A DNA stretch of 64,000 nucleotides from an uncultured Thermoleophilia bacterium (GTDB taxonomy: Bacteria > Actinomycetota > Thermoleophilia > Miltoncostaeales > Miltoncostaeaceae), in contig CAVYRD010000002.1 in assembly GCA_963770865.1 (NCBI GenBank), positions 79,030 through 143,029 on the forward strand. The letters are read 5' to 3'. Shown here piece after piece: positions 60,051 to 64,000 of this stretch. The notes under the pieces were generated by a model. It worked only from the letters and a program-made list of their open reading frames with translations. It was not told the DNA's origin and ran no database searches. The position numbers and the translations under genes are program-made. How positions within the stretch are numbered: position 1 is the first letter of the stretch; each line of letters starts with the position of its first letter.

Positions 60051-60779
60051 ATGGGAGCTTTTCGTACCTTCGGCGCGGCCGCCGCCACCGGCGCCGCGCT
60101 CGCCTGCTGCGCCGCCCCCGCCCTCGGGCACGACGCGGCCGAGCGCGCCCGGCCGACGCTGACGGCCCGGGTGGTCGTGCCCGCCACCGCGCTCGGCGCG
60201 CCGCGGGCGGGGGCGAAGCCGCGCATGCGCCTGGTCGGCGCGACGGCGTGGAGCGGGCGGCCGCAGCGGCTGATGGTGACCGGCCGCCACCAGGACGCCT
60301 CCGGCCGGGACTGGGTGCGCGTGCAGCTTCCCGTGCGGCCGAACGGCTCCGAGGGCTGGGTGCCCGCCGACCACGTGCGGGTCACCGGCACGCGCGTGCG
60401 CTTCGAGGTCCACCTCGGCTCGCGCCGCCTCGAGATCTGGAACGGCGCCCGGCGCCTCGCGGCGTGGAGCGCCGGCGTCGGGATGCCCGGCACGCCGACG
60501 CCGACCGGCCGCTTCGCGATCCAGGACCCCGTGCCGACGCTGCCCGCCTGGCGCGGCGTCTACGGCAGCTGGACGCTCACCCTGACCGCGCACTCTCCGA
60601 CCCTGCGCACCTTCATGGGCGGTGACGCCCTCGTGGCCATCCACGGGCCGGGCACCGACCGCTCCTGGAAGGTCGGGACCGCGTCGAGCCACGGCTGCGT
60701 GATCCTCGCCGAGCCCGCCCTGCGGGTCGCCGCCCGCTACGCCGTCCCCGGCACCCCGGTGGTCATCGACCGCTCGTAG
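60051..60779 (+). CDS. Secreted L,D-transpeptidase (YkuD)
   Basis: Signal peptide; TPTGRF, IHG...SHGC. Confidence 0.9.
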   Translation: MGAFRTFGAAAATGAALACCAAPALGHDAAERARPTLTARVVVPATALGAPRAGAKPRMRLVGATAWSGRPQRLMVTGRHQDASGRDWVRVQLPVRPNGSEGWVPADHVRVTGTRVRFEVHLGSRRLEIWNGARRLAAWSAGVGMPGTPTPTGRFAIQDPVPTLPAWRGVYGSWTLTLTAHSPTLRTFMGGDALVAIHGPGTDRSWKVGTASSHGCVILAEPALRVAARYAVPGTPVVIDRS

Positions 60780-60826
60780 CCGACCGATCGTGGTCCGCGC
60801 CGGGAGCGGCTCCGTATCCTGACCTG

Positions 60827-61150
60827 ATGCTCCCGATCTCCCAACGCGCGTGGGCGCGCGTCCTCGCCGCCGGCTGCGCCTGGTGGCTCGCTCTCGTCGT
60901 CCTGCGGACGAAGCGCATGGCCGAGATGATCGGCGTGAGCGAGTCAGAGGTGCGCGCGCTCGGCGTGCGCGACCTGGGCAACGGGCTGGCGCTGGCGCTG
61001 TCGCCGGACCCATGGCCCCACATCGCGATGCGCACCGCCTTCGACGTCGCCGACTCCGTGCGCTACGGGCGCGGGCGCCCGGCGGTGCGCGCGATGACGC
61101 TCGGATTCGCCGCCTTCGGCTCCCTGGGGCTGCTGGCGAAGCGCCGTTGA
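60827..61150 (+). CDS. Small membrane protein
   Basis: RALGVRDL motif; hydrophobic termini. Confidence 0.6.
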   Translation: MLPISQRAWARVLAAGCAWWLALVVLRTKRMAEMIGVSESEVRALGVRDLGNGLALALSPDPWPHIAMRTAFDVADSVRYGRGRPAVRAMTLGFAAFGSLGLLAKRR

Positions 61151-61806
61151 GCACCGCGCTCGCGAGCGGCGCCGCCATGCGCCGCACCGGCCCGGCCGAC
61201 GGGATCCCGGTCGTGTGCGTCAACGGCGGCATGTCCCGCATCGCCCCCGGCGACTGGAGCGGCTCGCTCGAGTGGCTCGTCCAGGCGCTGGCGCCGAAGT
61301 TCCCGGCGCTCGCGTTCCACGAGGTCCGCTACCGCGTGAAGTCGTGGAAGCGGCTGGACAGCTGCATCGAGGACGCCCTCGCGGCCCTCGACGCGGTGCA
61401 GGACCCCGCGGGCCGCCACACGATGATGATCGGCTTCTCGATGGGCGGGGCGGTCTCCCTGGCCGCATCCGCGCACCCGAGCGTGAGCGCGGTCGTGGGC
61501 CTCGCCCCGTGGCTCCCGGAGCGCCTGGGTACGGGCGGCCTGCAGGGCAAGCGCATCGCCGTCGTCCACGGGTCGCTCGACGGCATCCCGGGCATCCCGG
61601 GCGTCAGCCCGCGCAGCTCGCGCGCGGGCGTCGAGCGCCTGGCGGCCGCCGGGGTGGCGGCGAGCTGGGAGCTGATCCGCGGCGCGGTCCACCCGATCGC
61701 GGTGCGCTGGCGCGGCGGCCCCCCGCTCCCGCTCCCGCGCGCCGGCGCCTGGGCGCGGCACGTGGAGCGGGAGCTCGCCCGCTTTCAGGCGGAGGAGGCC
61801 GGCTGA
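61147..61806 (+). CDS. Alpha/beta hydrolase
   Basis: GFSMG, HGSLD, GAVH. Confidence 0.85.
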   Translation: MSTALASGAAMRRTGPADGIPVVCVNGGMSRIAPGDWSGSLEWLVQALAPKFPALAFHEVRYRVKSWKRLDSCIEDALAALDAVQDPAGRHTMMIGFSMGGAVSLAASAHPSVSAVVGLAPWLPERLGTGGLQGKRIAVVHGSLDGIPGIPGVSPRSSRAGVERLAAAGVAASWELIRGAVHPIAVRWRGGPPLPLPRAGAWARHVERELARFQAEEAG

Positions 61807-62714
61807 GCCCGGCGGGCGAGGCGCTCCGACGCCGGGACCTTCACGTCCCACACGAGGCCCAGGCGCTCCAGGGCGCGGATCGTCCACCAGCTCATGTCCA
61901 CCTGGCGCCGGCCGAGGCCGTGGATCGCCGATCCCGGGAAGGCGTGGTGGTTGTTGTGCCAGCCCTCGCCGAAGGTGGGCAGGGCGATGATCCAGTTGTT
62001 GCGGCTCTCGTCGTCGGTGGCGTACGGCCGGCGGCCGAACGTGTGGCACACAGAGTTGACGCTCCAGGTCATGTGGTGGAAGAGGAAGATGCGCACCAGC
62101 CCTCCCCAGACCATCCCGGTGAGCCCGCCCTTCAGGGTCGGGTTGACGGCGAAGCCGACCGCGAACGGGAGGCCGAGCGAGAGGGCCACCCAGAGCATGT
62201 AGAGGCGGTCGATGCGGTGGATCAGGCGGTCCTCGTAGAGGTCACGGCCATAGCGCCGGCCGCGCTCCATGCCCTTGGTGGTGACCAGCCAGCCCATGTG
62301 CGCGTGAAGGAAGCCGCGAAGGCCACCGAACAGGCCCTCGCGGCCCGCATGAGGGGAGTGGGGATCCCCTTCCCGGTCCGAGAGGGCGTGGTGCTTGCGG
62401 TGGTCCGTGACCCACTGGGTCACCGGCCCCTGGATGGTCATCGAGCCGAGCACGGCGAGGGTCGCGCGGACGGTCGGCGTCGCCTTGAACGCCTTGTGGG
62501 AGAACAGGCGGTGGTAGCCGACCGTGATGCCGAGGCCGGTGGCCGTGTAGAGCGCCACGAGCAGGGCGATGTCCACGGGGCGTACCGCGACGCCCCACAG
62601 GAGGCCCATCGCCGAGAGCACGCCGACGGGCGGCACGAGCACCGCGACGAGGGTGACGATGCGGCTCGGGATGCTCGTGCTGGGGCGGACGGTCGCGATC
62701 GGCGGGCCGCCCAC
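61785..62714 (-). CDS. Delta-9 acyl-CoA/lipid desaturase
   Basis: His boxes HRLFSH, HRKHH, HNNHH. Confidence 0.93.
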   Translation of the reverse strand: MGGPPIATVRPSTSIPSRIVTLVAVLVPPVGVLSAMGLLWGVAVRPVDIALLVALYTATGLGITVGYHRLFSHKAFKATPTVRATLAVLGSMTIQGPVTQWVTDHRKHHALSDREGDPHSPHAGREGLFGGLRGFLHAHMGWLVTTKGMERGRRYGRDLYEDRLIHRIDRLYMLWVALSLGLPFAVGFAVNPTLKGGLTGMVWGGLVRIFLFHHMTWSVNSVCHTFGRRPYATDDESRNNWIIALPTFGEGWHNNHHAFPGSAIHGLGRRQVDMSWWTIRALERLGLVWDVKVPASERLARRAQPASSA

Positions 62715-62779
62715 GGAAGCCTGGTTGGTGCTGATGACCTCTCCTCTCGACGACGGTCTGGCGGGGGCGTGAAGGTCCC

Positions 62780-62816
62780 CTCATCCGTCTACGTTGCGGG
62801 ACCGTATACGGATGAG
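62780..62816. promoter_or_regulatory. Long palindrome in the divergent promoter
   Basis: CTCATCCGTCTACG-N9-CGTATACGGATGAG (13/14 match). Confidence 0.6.
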
Positions 62817-62854
62817 ATGCCGCTCCATCACCCCATCCGTCCGGCGACGTCGCG

Positions 62855-64000
62855 ATGAGGATCGCCGTGATCGGAAGCGGGATCTCGGGGCTCGGCGCCG
62901 CCCACGCGCTGTCGCGCGGGAACCACGTCGAGGTGTTCGAGCGCGATACCCGGGCGGGCGGCCACGCGAACACCGTCACGGTCCGCCGGCCGGGCGGCGG
63001 GGAGCTCGGGCTCGACACCGGCTTCCTCGTCCACAACGCCCGCAACTACCCCCTCCTGACACGCCTCTTCCGCGAGCTGGGCGTGCGCGTGCAGGACTCG
63101 GACATGTCGTTCGCGGTCAGCGACCCGGCCCGCGGGCTCGAGTACTCAGGGGTGCGCCTGTGGTCGCAGCCGCGCGCGCTGGCCAACCCGACCGTGCTGA
63201 GGATGCTGCGCGAGGTGGTCCGGTTCCTGCGCACCGGCGACAACGGCCTGGCCGAGCGCCACGCGCACAGCACGCTCGACGACTACGTGCGCATCGAGGG
63301 CTACTCGAGGCGCTTCCGCGACCTCTTCCTGGTGCCCTTCGCCTCGGCCCTGTGGTCGACCGCGCCGGCCGAGACGCTGGGCTTCCCGGTCTCCTACGCG
63401 GTGCGCTTCTTCCAGAACCACGGCCTGCTCGGGTTCCGCCGCCACCGGTGGCTCACCGTGACCGGCGGCAGCCGCCGCTACGTCGAGGCCGTCACCGCGC
63501 CGCTCGGCGAGCGGGTGCGCCTCGGCGCCCCGGTCAGGTCGCTCGAGCGCCACGCCGACGGCGTGGACGTGCGCACCGCCGGCGACGCCGTCCACCGCTT
63601 CGACGCGGCCGTCATCGCCACCCACGCCCCGCAGGCGCTCGCGATGCTGGCCGACGCGGACGCGCGCGAGCGCGAGGTGCTCGGCGCGTTCCGCACCACG
63701 GTCAACTCGTGCGTGCTGCACACCGACGAGCGGCTGCTGCCGCGCCGGCCGGCCGCGCGCGGCTCGTGGAACTACCTGATGGACGAGGACGGCACGGCCT
63801 CGGCGCGGCCCACGGTGACCTACTACCTCAACAGGCTGCAGGCCATCGAGGGCCCGGTCCACTACTGCGTCACACTGAACCGCGACGACCGCATCGCCGA
63901 GGATCGGGTCATCCACCGGGTCGAGTACGCCCACCCGCTCTACACGTTCGCGTCCCTGGCGGCGCAGCGGCGCCTGCCGTCGCTCGGCGGCCCGCGCCTG
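62855..64000 (+). CDS. FAD-dependent oxidoreductase (COG2907-like), runs off window
   Basis: MRIAVIGSGISGL...GGHANT...DTGFLVHN..NYP. Confidence 0.88.
   Translation, partial: MRIAVIGSGISGLGAAHALSRGNHVEVFERDTRAGGHANTVTVRRPGGGELGLDTGFLVHNARNYPLLTRLFRELGVRVQDSDMSFAVSDPARGLEYSGVRLWSQPRALANPTVLRMLREVVRFLRTGDNGLAERHAHSTLDDYVRIEGYSRRFRDLFLVPFASALWSTAPAETLGFPVSYAVRFFQNHGLLGFRRHRWLTVTGGSRRYVEAVTAPLGERVRLGAPVRSLERHADGVDVRTAGDAVHRFDAAVIATHAPQALAMLADADAREREVLGAFRTTVNSCVLHTDERLLPRRPAARGSWNYLMDEDGTASARPTVTYYLNRLQAIEGPVHYCVTLNRDDRIAEDRVIHRVEYAHPLYTFASLAAQRRLPSLGGPRL

Overview
A very GC-rich bacterial chromosomal segment. Gene content and style suggest Actinomycetota, probably Thermoleophilia (inference). 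I found no rRNA, tRNA, CRISPR array or transposase. From left to right: (1) the 5' half of narG, divergent from a module with two SufR-like regulators, two DUF2249 proteins, a DUF59/SufT protein, two His-bearing heme-copper-oxidase-like membrane proteins and a cupin; (2) a Pat-type acetyltransferase coupled to an HDAC-family deacylase; (3) several gene remnants (kup, MFS, DUF2269, hydrolase, DUF2391, zwf, cheC); (4) K+ channel, ClC, MFS and MMPL transport genes; (5) an ECF sigma factor fused to a zinc finger and TM helix; (6) a chemotaxis cluster, cheY-cheB-cheR-cheA-(cheC scar)-cheD-cheY-MCP, bracketed by an exact 374-bp cheY repeat, with three sigma28-type promoters; (7) a cytochrome c/DUF6529 pair, an orphan FIST gene, metF, an XamI-family restriction-modification pair, two tandem FapA-like genes, and a divergent desaturase/FAD-oxidoreductase pair. 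The most striking cross-window pattern: all four +1 frameshifts and many odd substitutions fall at variants of GTCGAC, the known XamI target. This points to methylation-driven sequencing errors from an active resident methyltransferase. All family calls come from motif recognition only; no searches were run.
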